Assembly (NCBI GenBank): GCA_037305845.1
Contig: CP147778.1
Location: forward strand, 736,001 to 800,000
DNA from: Candidatus Freyarchaeum deiterrae
GTDB lineage: Archaea; Asgardarchaeota; Jordiarchaeia; Jordiarchaeales; Jordiarchaeaceae
Direction of reading: 5' to 3'
DNA: 64,000 nt
Positions 20,527 through 30,631 of this stretch are shown one piece after another. Position 1 is the first letter of the stretch; every line of letters starts with the position of its first letter. A program made the position numbers and the translations under genes. The notes beneath the pieces are model-generated. The model was given only the letters and a program-made list of their open reading frames with translations. It was not told where the DNA came from and made no database searches.

Positions 20527-20552
20527 TACCTGATACTCCCTCTTGCTTTGTA

Positions 20553-21026
20553 TTATTTTTCTTTCTCATTTTTTTGAGGACTAAAAATTGCACTTAGAAG
20601 TATTATCAGAGTCCCGGTTATTTCTGTAGCAGCAGGCACGAGGCGTGCCCAAAGTGGGGGCGTAGAAATCTGGCTTACAAAAATCAAGGGAATGGCCTGT
20701 GGATAGAGAAAGATAATTGAAATCTGGCTTACAAAATCCAAGGCAATCACCTGAGGATAAAGAAAGCTAATTATAAAGGGCATAACCCAATAGCCCACTA
20801 ACAAAATCACTACACCTACAGGTACGATTTTTTTCCAATAAGTTTGGAATTCAAATTCGAGAAGCAGACCACCAATAAGTAAAGTTATACCAGCCAATTC
20901 GACAAATGAGAGCACCAGTATGATGTTGTTGATATCACTCGTACTGGGCAGAAAGAGTAAACCGTTTGCAAAAGCCCATGAAGGAATGAAAATTAAAATT
21001 CCCGACCAAAAAAGTGTTCTAACCAA
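20553..21026 (-). CDS. Membrane protein with internal 18-aa tandem duplication
   Basis: Four hydrophobic segments; FLYPQ...FVSQIS occurs twice. Confidence 0.7.
   Translation of the reverse strand: MVRTLFWSGILIFIPSWAFANGLLFLPSTSDINNIILVLSFVELAGITLLIGGLLLEFEFQTYWKKIVPVGVVILLVGYWVMPFIISFLYPQVIALDFVSQISIIFLYPQAIPLIFVSQISTPPLWARLVPAATEITGTLIILLSAIFSPQKNEKEK
20665..20772. repeat. Imperfect 54-bp in-frame tandem duplication
   Basis: gaaatctggcttacaaaa at 20665 and 20719. Confidence 0.85.
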
Positions 21027-21096
21027 TTTCGTTCCCTTACACTTCTTCTGAGTTTTTTGAAGAAAACAGTATTGTGGATGGTATTTTTCTGTCTTT

Positions 21097-21933
21097 CTAC
21101 CTTAAAAATTGCAACAGCTCAAGTGACGCCTTCATTTCTGCTTGAGAAGCGGTTAATTCTACTGTGATTATTTCCGTTCTTTTTTTCAATTTTTCGGCAG
21201 CTTTAAGTATCTGTCGGTTTACCTCTGTTTCCGAGTAGGGGTAGTGGTCCCAGAATAATAGATTTCTATCCAGGTAATTTACAGAAAATTCTTTTATTTC
21301 TGGTCTTAGGAAACTTAGGTGAATTTCTTTTATGGGTAGATTGTTGAAACCCATCCGCTCAAGTTTAATGTTTTGAAATGCACAGTTTACAGCCATATGT
21401 CCTAGGTCAAGCAGAATGTCTATGTGTTTCGCAATTTCACCCAACTCAGTTTCATTCATTCCAATTGCGGGGGACTCTATGTCTGAACCATAAATGTTTT
21501 CCAATGCTACCTGAGATAGAAGATTATCCCTTTTTAGGATCTGACTGAGTTTTGAAATGTTACTGATACTCTCCTGAGTTGAGAGTTTTCGACCCTTTAT
21601 CACGAAGTCGTTAGGACCCTTTATTTTTCCCCGGAGGCCTCCGTGAAACCCGTACAGTTTCCAATCGGGCAGAAAGCGGTTCACACGCTCTATAGTTTTT
21701 TTAACCATGAGAGCTGCCCCTCTAGGGTTGACGGCGGGATTCATCATAAAATTCTTATCATAGTCCGTCCTTATCGCCGGAAGGTTATGTATAGTAACAA
21801 TCTTTTCTCCTAGTTCTTCACATATTATCCGGTTCTTCTCCTCTAGGCCTATACCCAATTCAAAACCGTCAACATAATCCTCTAATTCCTTCAGTTCTTG
21901 CACATTATGCTTGGCAGTTGAAATTAATAGCAA
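21097..21933 (-). CDS. Xylose-isomerase/AP-endonuclease-2-like TIM-barrel metalloprotein
   Basis: FHGG, ALEN, LLDLGH, EIHLS, DH, TVE. Confidence 0.7.
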   Translation of the reverse strand: MLLISTAKHNVQELKELEDYVDGFELGIGLEEKNRIICEELGEKIVTIHNLPAIRTDYDKNFMMNPAVNPRGAALMVKKTIERVNRFLPDWKLYGFHGGLRGKIKGPNDFVIKGRKLSTQESISNISKLSQILKRDNLLSQVALENIYGSDIESPAIGMNETELGEIAKHIDILLDLGHMAVNCAFQNIKLERMGFNNLPIKEIHLSFLRPEIKEFSVNYLDRNLLFWDHYPYSETEVNRQILKAAEKLKKRTEIITVELTASQAEMKASLELLQFLR

Positions 21934-22152
21934 CGGAAGTCATCCCAGAAAAAGTTAAGCCAAATGGTATAAGAACTTTCCTAGAGAATAGAAAGCTCTT
22001 CCCCATCCTATAAAACGCGTTTCACTTATTGTAAGAAAATCACAATCTATCAGATTCCTTTTCCCTATAAAAAGAGGGTGGATAAAAAAAGAGAGAATAT
22101 TTGTATTATTTATTTTTTAGTCTCTTTTTCCTGTTCCGCTGTCAGACTCTTA

Positions 22153-22575
22153 TTAATCTACTTCAACGCTTTTTTCAGGTTCCTTTTTTAGTACAACTCT
22201 CAGTACGCCGTTAGTGTAAGTCGCCTTTACTTCGTCCACTTTGGCTTTGGAGGGTAGGTCGATGTTTGCCTTGAATGTTTTCTTCTCTGTTCCTCTTAGT
22301 TTGGTTTCCTCCTCGCTGTGTTCACGCTCTGCATTAACTTCAAGGTAGTAGTCTCCAGCCTTCAAGTCAATATTGTCCTTATCAAAGCCCGGCATATCAA
22401 TCTCTACGATGATGTTTTCCTCGTCCTCGGTAACATAGGTTGACGCGAAAGCCTTTATTTTATCAAACCATTCTGGGAATCTCTGCGCCATCATTTTTCC
22501 CATATGTTTAAAGCGGTGTCCAAATTGGGGACCGAATGGGGGGAAACCTTGTCCGCAGCCTTTATTCCATTCCAT
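22153..22575 (-). CDS. Small heat-shock protein (Hsp20)
   Basis: DMPGFDKDNI, ATYTNGVLRV, C-terminal VEVD. Confidence 0.92.
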   Translation of the reverse strand: MEWNKGCGQGFPPFGPQFGHRFKHMGKMMAQRFPEWFDKIKAFASTYVTEDEENIIVEIDMPGFDKDNIDLKAGDYYLEVNAEREHSEEETKLRGTEKKTFKANIDLPSKAKVDEVKATYTNGVLRVVLKKEPEKSVEVD

Positions 22576-22588
22576 ACCTTTTCACCTC

Positions 22589-23197
22589 CTATTCAACCTT
22601 TATTCTCTTTGGTGGTTCTCTGGAGGACTCCTGCTCCAGTTTCTTGATCGCCGCATCGATGGATTTCAACTCGGATTCTAGTTGTGCCTTCAATCCTAAT
22701 AGCAGGGGGAGAATTTCCTCCGGTGGTAGAGGAGAGGTTGTGTAGTCTCTAGCTAGCTTGGTTAGTTGGTCGATTTTTTTGGCTATGATGTGAGTCCTCT
22801 TTTGAGCGTGATTCTCTAAATCAGAGGAAAGATGATCGCCCACGAAGCCCACGAAATGCTGGAAGAAGTCTATTTCCTTGTCAAATTTATCAGCAATGTT
22901 TTTCAGGGTTTCTTCTCCCAGCTGTGTTATCTCATATCTCTTTCTGCTGGGTCCTCTATCACTCTCTTCCCTCGTTCCTTGAATTAATCCTCTATCTTCG
23001 AGTCGGGAGAGTACTGGGTAGACTACGCCTGCCTTGGCGTCCCAGAATCCCTGGAATTTTTCGTTGAGGCTGTTTATGATTTCGTAACCGTAGCGTGGCT
23101 TCTCCTTTATCATTACCATGATGAGAAACTCTACTGGGCTCATTTTCTGAAGCCTGTCCCAGATGTTTCTGCCGAAGCCTCTTCCTTCCCATATCAT
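22589..23197 (-). CDS. PadR-family transcriptional regulator (upstream of hsp20)
   Basis: YGYEII, GVVYPVLSRLEDRGLI, RKRYEIT..G. Confidence 0.92.
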   Translation of the reverse strand: MIWEGRGFGRNIWDRLQKMSPVEFLIMVMIKEKPRYGYEIINSLNEKFQGFWDAKAGVVYPVLSRLEDRGLIQGTREESDRGPSRKRYEITQLGEETLKNIADKFDKEIDFFQHFVGFVGDHLSSDLENHAQKRTHIIAKKIDQLTKLARDYTTSPLPPEEILPLLLGLKAQLESELKSIDAAIKKLEQESSREPPKRIKVE

Positions 23198-23379
23198 GCC
23201 GATACACCATTCTTGATGACTCTACATATTAATGCATTACCTTATTGTTAACTCTATATAGAGTTGTGATATTTAAACCTTTTCATACCAGCAACACTTG
23301 ACAAAGACAGCTTAACATTAAGGTAGTTAACTAAAATCAACTTTCGTTAATAAAAAAAGTGAATCTGCAATTTTTAAGT

Positions 23380-23406
23380 AAATTAAAAAGAAAAAAGAAA
23401 AAATAA
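23380..23406 (-). terminator. Oligo-T terminator, identical to 25686-25712
   Basis: 27-nt A-rich tract on + (U-rich on coding strand) about 20 nt after the stop. Confidence 0.65.
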
Positions 23407-23426
23407 GAAGTTAAGTCAAACTAAGC

Positions 23427-24881
23427 CTATTTAAAAGGCCAGTGCTCGAAGCCTTCGTAAACTAGGAGATAGAAGATCACGACAGTAACAGTCCATGTGT
23501 ACATTATGCTATAGCCCGTAGCGGTACCAATTCCCTCAAAGTAAACTGCGAGAACCCAGTAGTTCCAAATAAGAATTGGAGCAACGATTGGAGGCTGGAA
23601 AAGTATGTTAAACAATGACCATAGGTACAGGCTTTGTAGTCCGCTTGCTGAAGTTATTAGATTGGCGCCGGTTAATGGTGCTGCAAATCCTGGATTAATC
23701 ATCAGGAGGTAGTAAAGTATGGCACCTATTATGAATGCAAGAATCACGAAAGTTAAGTGTCCCTTCATGCCCCATCTTGACCAGGGCCACATTGCGAAGG
23801 TGAGCTGTCCGAATAGCAGAACTACTAATGGGAAGGTTAAGAAAGCCGTAACGTTGGCGTGAGCGACAACTGGAACTGGAAGTATATAATCGTATGGTAT
23901 AAGTGGAGTAATGGATGGCCAATTGGCTAGTACTGGTGCTGTTGTTGTGCCTACGACTGCGGTGACAATGCCCCATATGATTAATCCAGTTATGATAGCT
24001 AGGAAGAAGTTTATGAGACCCCTCTTGGGTTGGGTCATGTTCGGGAATGGAGCGATTATAGACATCAATGTGTTTGCAACGATTAAAGCGAAGAACAGTG
24101 AGGTCACAAAGTCAAAGGGTTCGGTAGGCTGTATAGCGGTTATAGGATATACGAAATAGAACAATCCACCGGTCCCTGCAGCTGCAAATTGTTGGCCGTA
24201 GACAGTGCTCATTGAACCTGTTGCCATTCTAGCTAGTGCAACGTATCGTATAAGGAAGGCTATTACCCAGGCTATTACTACATATATTGCTCCTCTGATT
24301 ATTGCGTGTGTTTGTGGTCTTCTGGGAATGAATGGCCAGTACATGAATAAGGTGGCCCATATTGGGAATACGAAGAATGCAATGGTGCCCAGAAGAATGA
24401 TGTCAAGAGCGATCCATTTCAACACGATAGCGAATATATACCACATTATGAATGCGAGAACCATGGATAGCACTAGTGTTATGAGTCCAGCCCACGGTTG
24501 CTTACCTATCCTACTTTTTGAAGGTGTGAATGGGCGGGCTAGAACAGCGATTGAGATAAACCACACGATACAGAGGATGAAGTAAGATGCCCAATTAACG
24601 AGGTATCCAAGTGGATAAAGCGATATTTCCTGGGGGTTGTTTAGAGAGAATATGATACCAAAAGTGCCTAGATTGCCAAGTGGTGTTAGTGCGTGATAAA
24701 ATTCGTATGCAACAAAGGCGTTCGCTTGAACCATTTTTGTGAAGAATCCCCAAACGGGGTTGAAGAACCACTGGTATGCTACGTATGCAATTATGAGAAC
24801 TGCACTCATTGATAGGAATCCTTGCCAGGGCTGTGCGAATTTCGGTTCGGCTTCTACTACTTCTTTTGCTTTCTTTGACAT
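23427..24881 (-). CDS. Multi-pass membrane protein, putative transporter (paralog 1)
   Basis: About 12 TM; recurring QPxxG and WP(F/W) motifs. Confidence 0.8.
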   Translation of the reverse strand: MSKKAKEVVEAEPKFAQPWQGFLSMSAVLIIAYVAYQWFFNPVWGFFTKMVQANAFVAYEFYHALTPLGNLGTFGIIFSLNNPQEISLYPLGYLVNWASYFILCIVWFISIAVLARPFTPSKSRIGKQPWAGLITLVLSMVLAFIMWYIFAIVLKWIALDIILLGTIAFFVFPIWATLFMYWPFIPRRPQTHAIIRGAIYVVIAWVIAFLIRYVALARMATGSMSTVYGQQFAAAGTGGLFYFVYPITAIQPTEPFDFVTSLFFALIVANTLMSIIAPFPNMTQPKRGLINFFLAIITGLIIWGIVTAVVGTTTAPVLANWPSITPLIPYDYILPVPVVAHANVTAFLTFPLVVLLFGQLTFAMWPWSRWGMKGHLTFVILAFIIGAILYYLLMINPGFAAPLTGANLITSASGLQSLYLWSLFNILFQPPIVAPILIWNYWVLAVYFEGIGTATGYSIMYTWTVTVVIFYLLVYEGFEHWPFK

Positions 24882-24970
24882 TTTCCTCTCAGACCTTTAA
24901 TTTTTTTAAAGCTCCACTTATGGGAAGCTTTAGTGAGTTATCGTGTTCTTAATATATATACTTTTTGGGA
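24882..24970 (-). promoter_or_regulatory. Promoter/leader with inverted repeat, near-identical to 27107-27197
   Basis: TATA 24953-60; TAAAGCT/AGCTTTA inverted repeat at 24907-32; SD GAGG. Confidence 0.7.
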
Positions 24971-25186
24971 AAATACTTTGGCATAATGTAAGGAGCGTGT
25001 ATTTTTATTCCCCAGTATCTAAGGTTAATTTGTTTAAAAACCATTTTATATGGCAGGAAATCTAAAAAGAAACCTTATGAATCCTTATTATCTCAAGACA
25101 CCAATAAACAAAAACATGTGTAACACTACTTTATGTCAAACGCTTCGTTTCATAGCAGTTCTATCCCCCCGCTTGTGCCCTTATGA

Positions 25187-25667
25187 AGAGGTATAAAAAT
25201 TCCCTTTTATGAAATATTCCCTCTGAAAAACCACATACTACTTGAACCAAGGTTCTTGAAGCGGTATTATTATGACTTAGCGAGAATTGATGAAGTGCTG
25301 GCGGATTCTATTCCTGGGGCAAGGTGAGAATCGAGAGGAAGACTTGAAGAATTAATGAGAACAAGGCGGAGCCCACTCTCTCACATAAATTAGTAACTTC
25401 GTAAAGCTGTTAAGTTCGGATGAAGGCTAATCCGAAGGAAATTCCCTTCAAGTACACTGGCAGTATCAACTGAACCCGTAAGCGCTTGAAGAACTATCCC
25501 ACAGAGGAGGGTGACAAGATACCAAGCCAGTCAGCGGTAAGAAAATTAGGGGTGCTGTCTACAACAGGCTCTTTTAAAATGCCATTCAGAAAACACTTGG
25601 GGAAGCAGAGGAAGAATTCTTCCAAAATGAAGTAGAAACAATTACGAAATATGGCGAGGAAAGGTAA
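25187..25667 (+). pseudogene. Possible decayed coding remnant
   Basis: Coding-like purine-rich composition; protein-like fragments broken by several stops and frameshifts. Confidence 0.3.
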
Positions 25668-25685
25668 TCAGTAATATTTTTACAG

Positions 25686-25712
25686 AAATTAAAAAGAAAA
25701 AAGAAAAAATAA
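25686..25712 (-). terminator. Oligo-T terminator, identical to 23380-23406
   Basis: Same 27-nt tract about 20 nt after the stop. Confidence 0.65.
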
Positions 25713-25732
25713 AAGATTGATTAAAACCAAGC

Positions 25733-27106
25733 TTATGCCCAAGGCCAATGACCCATTGCTTCGTAAGCCAAGATATAGAAGATCAGCACGGTTACCATCC
25801 ATGAAAACATTATAGTGTAACCTACACTCTGGGCAACACCCTGGAAAGCTATTAGAAAGACCATGAACGCTGTATAGCCACCAAAAGCGCCAGGTGCGAA
25901 ATAGAAGACCATGTACATTGTTTGCATTCCGCTCATTGAGGGTATCAGATTGGTACCAGTTATTGCGGCGGCATAGCCCGGATTAACCATTATAATGTAG
26001 TAGAGTATACTACCGATTATGAATGCCATTATTATGAAGATTAGGTGTGACCACTTGCCAAATCTTGTCCAAGGCCAATTAGCGAAGGTAAGCTCTCCCG
26101 CTAGCAGAATCACTAATGGGAAGGTCAGATAAGCCGTCACGTTTCCGTAGTTTGAGTATGGAGTCGTCAATAGCCAGGTACTCGGTGTGCTCATTACTAC
26201 TCCTGCCGATGATTTAGTTACTATTGCTCCTAGGATAATCCACATGATGACTCCTATGATAATTCCTATTATGGCGTTGATGAGTCCTCTCCATGGTTGA
26301 CTCATGTTCGGGAAGAACGCGAGTTGACTCATGATATTGAATCCAACGATGACAGCGAAAAGCCCTGAGACTATGAAATCATAGGGATAAGTGGCGAACA
26401 GAGGTTGCGTAAGATTACCGCCAAGATACTGTTCGAAGAAAACACCAATTGGATTCGCATAGATTATCTTCATAACGGCCCAGCGTACTATGAAGGTAAT
26501 TATCCATGATATGGTAACGAAGACTGCTCCTCTCCAAACTGGATGGGCTTGCGCATGCTTGGGAACGAATGGCCAGTACATGAACAGTGTACCCCATATA
26601 GGGAATACAACGAATCCAGTTGTGCCTAGGACGATCATGTCATAGCCTGTCCAGCCTAACTTGAATCCTAGGATGAACCAAGTCACGAAGGCGAGAATCA
26701 TGGATAACGCTGTTACGTATATACCGAACCATGGTTGCTTTGGGGGTGTGGGCGAGAATGAACGACATAGTACGATAATTGCTACTATCCACACGATACA
26801 GAATATGAAGTATGATACCCAGTCAACGATGTACCCCATCGGATACAGTGCCATCTCTTGTGCGTTGTTAATAGCTAGTGTCAGACCAATTTCTCCGCCT
26901 AGAGAACCACCAAAGTGCTCTCCTAGCCAAAAGGCTGTAAAAACGTTCGTTTGAATCATGTGTGTTAATAGTCCCCAAACGGGGTGTAGTAAAAACTCGT
27001 ATGTGAGGTATGCTATGATGAATATCGACATGAATGATAGGAATCCTTGCCAAGGCTGCTTGAATTTTGGTGCGGCCTCTACTACTTCAGCTGCTTTCTT
27101 TGACAT
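25733..27106 (-). CDS. Multi-pass membrane protein, putative transporter (paralog 2)
   Basis: Colinear with 23427-24881 (QPWQGFLS, TLFMYWPF, LTFPLV, HWP). Confidence 0.8.
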   Translation of the reverse strand: MSKKAAEVVEAAPKFKQPWQGFLSFMSIFIIAYLTYEFLLHPVWGLLTHMIQTNVFTAFWLGEHFGGSLGGEIGLTLAINNAQEMALYPMGYIVDWVSYFIFCIVWIVAIIVLCRSFSPTPPKQPWFGIYVTALSMILAFVTWFILGFKLGWTGYDMIVLGTTGFVVFPIWGTLFMYWPFVPKHAQAHPVWRGAVFVTISWIITFIVRWAVMKIIYANPIGVFFEQYLGGNLTQPLFATYPYDFIVSGLFAVIVGFNIMSQLAFFPNMSQPWRGLINAIIGIIIGVIMWIILGAIVTKSSAGVVMSTPSTWLLTTPYSNYGNVTAYLTFPLVILLAGELTFANWPWTRFGKWSHLIFIIMAFIIGSILYYIIMVNPGYAAAITGTNLIPSMSGMQTMYMVFYFAPGAFGGYTAFMVFLIAFQGVAQSVGYTIMFSWMVTVLIFYILAYEAMGHWPWA

Positions 27107-27197
27107 TTTCCTCTCAGACCTTTAATTTTTTTTTAAAGCTCCACTTATGGGAAGCTTTAGTGAGTTATTGTGTTTTTAGTATATATACTTTTTGGGA
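27107..27197 (-). promoter_or_regulatory. Promoter/leader copy 2
   Basis: Differs from copy 1 by 3 substitutions and 2 extra T. Confidence 0.7.
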
Positions 27198-27775
27198 TAA
27201 AATGGTGGAATTATTAAATTTTTTTTGGGAGTAAAGTGTATTTTGTTGTATTTGTTTGGATTAGAGGCTTTTTCGACCAGCTATATTTAGTTTCTGAACG
27301 CTTCAGTTTCTTCCAAAAAGAAGGCTTAATAAGACTCTTTTAAGTAAAAGTAGCAAGGATATGGCAGATAGAGGAAAAATAGTAAGAAATAGCCGCCTAA
27401 AAGATAGAGATCTTTAGTCATCGTGATTTTACTAGAGTTTTTTACTAATATTTTTTATAAAAAAAATAATTACCTATTGCTCTTATTGAAGTATATTATA
27501 AAATTAGAATTTTGAGATATGTAAAATGTATTACATGGGATATTTTAATTTTGCATATGTTATTAGTCCTTCTTTTGTTAGATATTGATAAGGTTCCACG
27601 GCGATAGATGAGAGATAGTTTATTTTTTAAAGTGATAATTATTAACAGGCGAATAGAAAAAAGTTCTATGTTTGATTTTAATGTTGATAATTGAAATTTT
27701 AATTCGTTAGGAACTTTAGGTGTCTAAGCTTCTTCAAAGTTCTTGGTATTTTTTTTGTTTTTATTAGTGTTCTTT

Positions 27776-29038
27776 TTAGTAGTATTGGAGTGTGTGTTTC
27801 ATGGGGGGCATTCTTCTGTCTTTTGAGGCTTTTCTTTTTTCCTGTCCTTCCATGGCTTTTCTTTTTGCTTCCTCGTTTAGGCATTGGTCTATGAACATTT
27901 TGTAGAAATCCTGTCCGTTTGGCGGGCAGCCGGGAAGGAATTCACCTTTTTCTTTATTTTTTGCTTGGCAGTTTCCCACGATGTAGACTTTTCCAGGGGC
28001 GTTTTTGGGAACCTCACCGTCTGTTCCCATGACTAGTGTGAAGGGTTTGGTTTCTCCCTCGGTGTGGTTGGTTATGACCCATACAACTCCCACGGTTGCG
28101 TTTAAGCAGCCGGAGCAATAATCGGTGCCTTGTATATCCATTTTGCCGTCTATTCCTAAGGCGTGGGAGTAGTGCTCACTCGCCTCTTCTATTCTGCAGC
28201 AGGGTTTAAAATTAGAGATTATAACGTTCTTCAATTTTTCTCCTTTGATTTCGATTTCTTTAGTATTAATTTTGCCGAAGCCGTTTTCGCTTGCAATTTT
28301 TAGGTGTTCAACCTCTTTTGGGTTTATGTTCATGATGGTTGCGGTTACGCTGTCTGTGGATATCACGTTGTCGCCCGCGATTAAAAGGTTGGTTTTTCGG
28401 GGAAGTCCGAAGGTTGGTCCGAGGTACTCGTGGCCAACTATGCCGCTGATGATTGTGAGTCCGGGGTTTAGTTTTTCTGCCAGAAGTGCTATGTATTTGT
28501 GTATTCCCTCCTTGTGTATTTTAGATTTGGACTCGAAGTCTATTGAGCCTAAAGCTATGTTTTTCGCTCCCAAGGATACGCTGCAGAGTATATGGGTTTT
28601 CATGGCGGGGATGTTGATGAGGAAGTCGCAGTCACTAAAAATCTTGCTCAAATTCACTTGGATTTTATCTATTTTTACCTTTTCAAATTCTCCCTGGTCA
28701 ATGTTGTATAGCTCTCCGCCGGCCTCGGGAATGCTTTTTGTTAGCCCTAATCCCTCGTATGCCTTATCAATTTTGACCCCGTACATTCCGCTCTCAGCGA
28801 CGATCACTCTTCCCACTCCATTATCCTTTAAGAGCTTAACGAGAGCTACTATAAGTTTCGGGTCGGTTGCGATGCTATCTATAATCTGCTGGGGGTAGCC
28901 GAGGTGGAGACAGCCAAAATTAGGTTTTACAACTATGGTATCATAACCGAAGATTTTGCCTTCCAGAGTAAGAGCCTTGAGAATCTTCCATACGGATTCA
29001 TCGTAGTTGTCTTTGAATTTGAGTATGGTAACCGCCAA
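27776..29038 (-). CDS. DUF362-family Fe-S protein
   Basis: VVKPN, TDPKL, MKTH...SLGAKN; C-terminal CSGC, GNC, PGCPP. Confidence 0.85.
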   Translation of the reverse strand: MAVTILKFKDNYDESVWKILKALTLEGKIFGYDTIVVKPNFGCLHLGYPQQIIDSIATDPKLIVALVKLLKDNGVGRVIVAESGMYGVKIDKAYEGLGLTKSIPEAGGELYNIDQGEFEKVKIDKIQVNLSKIFSDCDFLINIPAMKTHILCSVSLGAKNIALGSIDFESKSKIHKEGIHKYIALLAEKLNPGLTIISGIVGHEYLGPTFGLPRKTNLLIAGDNVISTDSVTATIMNINPKEVEHLKIASENGFGKINTKEIEIKGEKLKNVIISNFKPCCRIEEASEHYSHALGIDGKMDIQGTDYCSGCLNATVGVVWVITNHTEGETKPFTLVMGTDGEVPKNAPGKVYIVGNCQAKNKEKGEFLPGCPPNGQDFYKMFIDQCLNEEAKRKAMEGQEKRKASKDRRMPPMKHTLQYY

Positions 29039-29578
29039 ACCGCTTCCTCCGTTGGAGGGAATTTCAGTCTTACAATTTATAGGGGATTATATAAACCTTT
29101 ACGCAACTAGAATACCAAAAAACTACAACTTATTGGAAGGGCGGTTCCCTTATCTAAAGTGGGTATGCGTGGCTTTGATTTGCTTTTCACCATAATTCTG
29201 CGGATAAAAATTTTCTGTGTAGAAATTGCTCTTCTCCACCTTTATTATCCACATAACTCCTTTTTCAGAAGATATTTTAATCGCCCCACTTTTCTTCAAG
29301 AGTTGCTTCTAGCGTACAGTCATCTATTATGGGGATGATAGTGGGTTTTTTAGCGGTAATCTTCATTATATATTCTATTTTCGTTCGCTCTGGTGTTAAT
29401 GTTTCTGCTATATGCAAGCAGCCAGACCAAACGTCACCATAAAACTTGTCTGATGCTTCCAATAATTTTGGTTTATATTTTTTTTTGATTTTGATACTAG
29501 ATATATTTGAGGTGTATTTATATACTTATAATTTGATAATTTATTCAAATTGTAGTATGATTACCATAAAAACAAGGG

Positions 29579-30625
29579 ATGGTTATGGCTCAAAAATCAG
29601 GTTTAGTAAGGAAAAGTGTTAAGCGTCTTTATGAGCTTAGGGATAAGCCTATGGATGGGAAAGACAAACTTGATTATACTTATCGTATCATTCTACTTCT
29701 ATTAAGATCGCCTAATCATAGATTGACATTATCCCAAGCTTCGGATAGTCTTCCTGAGGGGTCAACGCCTGATTATTTGGATACTATTTATACTTTTGGT
29801 ATTCCCTTCATAAGGAGCGAATTGTCTCTACACCAAGAAAACTTATGGCTAGTAAGAATTGACCCTCAAAAAATAAGAGAAAAACCACCACTGAAGGAAA
29901 TTATAATACCTGAAGAGCATCTGATTGAGGTGGCAGAGGCTGTGGAAGAAATAGAGGGAATCCAATATTTGATTCCGAAAGATTTTACGGCTCTCAACGA
30001 GAGGGGGGAGAGGTATACAATATCATTAGAGGATATTCTTATAACTGCTATGGACAGCAAAAAGTGTTCCGATTTTGCCGATTATATATTTGATTCATTT
30101 AGAGCTTCGCTTGGTTTTGAGCATAAGGAGGAACTTAATCTTAAGGATTTTGAACGGCCGGAGTCGCTGGAGAATTTGAAAACGAGTAGAAAGGAGGCAG
30201 GTAGAGATCGGAAGACCCCAACAAATAAGTTCGCCAGCCCCGGAGGCAAGGTGGTCTTCGTAACTTGCAAATCGTCTTCGTCGGGTAAAGTGTGGGAAGA
30301 GGTAATACATAGGGCGAATGATTATTATCAAAAACTTAAGCCTGAAGGGAAAAAAATGGGCACATTTGATGATCTTATTATTGTTGTGGCTCCGGGTTTC
30401 GCTAAGGAAGCGATAGAGTGTGCTAAAAATTTGGATGTCCTGTGTATCGAGGCAAGAGACATGCTTAGACTGATAGGCTTCTTATATAATTTACCGGAAG
30501 AAGAAAAGGGTATTGCGCTCAAACATATAAAAAAATTATTCAACCCTCAAAATTATTCAACAGCAGTTGACGATTTTATGAAATTTCTAAGTCAAATGTT
30601 CAGGGAAAAAAATTCAGAGGCGTAA
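29579..30625 (+). CDS. Protein with C-terminal Mrr-like restriction-endonuclease fold, catalytic residues apparently degenerate
   Basis: DFADYIFDSFRASLGFE...VVFVTCKS...LIIVVAPGFAKEAIECAK.LDVLCI. Confidence 0.55.
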   Translation: MVMAQKSGLVRKSVKRLYELRDKPMDGKDKLDYTYRIILLLLRSPNHRLTLSQASDSLPEGSTPDYLDTIYTFGIPFIRSELSLHQENLWLVRIDPQKIREKPPLKEIIIPEEHLIEVAEAVEEIEGIQYLIPKDFTALNERGERYTISLEDILITAMDSKKCSDFADYIFDSFRASLGFEHKEELNLKDFERPESLENLKTSRKEAGRDRKTPTNKFASPGGKVVFVTCKSSSSGKVWEEVIHRANDYYQKLKPEGKKMGTFDDLIIVVAPGFAKEAIECAKNLDVLCIEARDMLRLIGFLYNLPEEEKGIALKHIKKLFNPQNYSTAVDDFMKFLSQMFREKNSEA

Positions 30626-30631
30626 TGTAAA

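Noticed and set aside
29277-29462. 61-aa minus-strand ORF upstream of the MetE-like operon
   Set aside because: No recognisable motif; may be a relic but cannot be supported.
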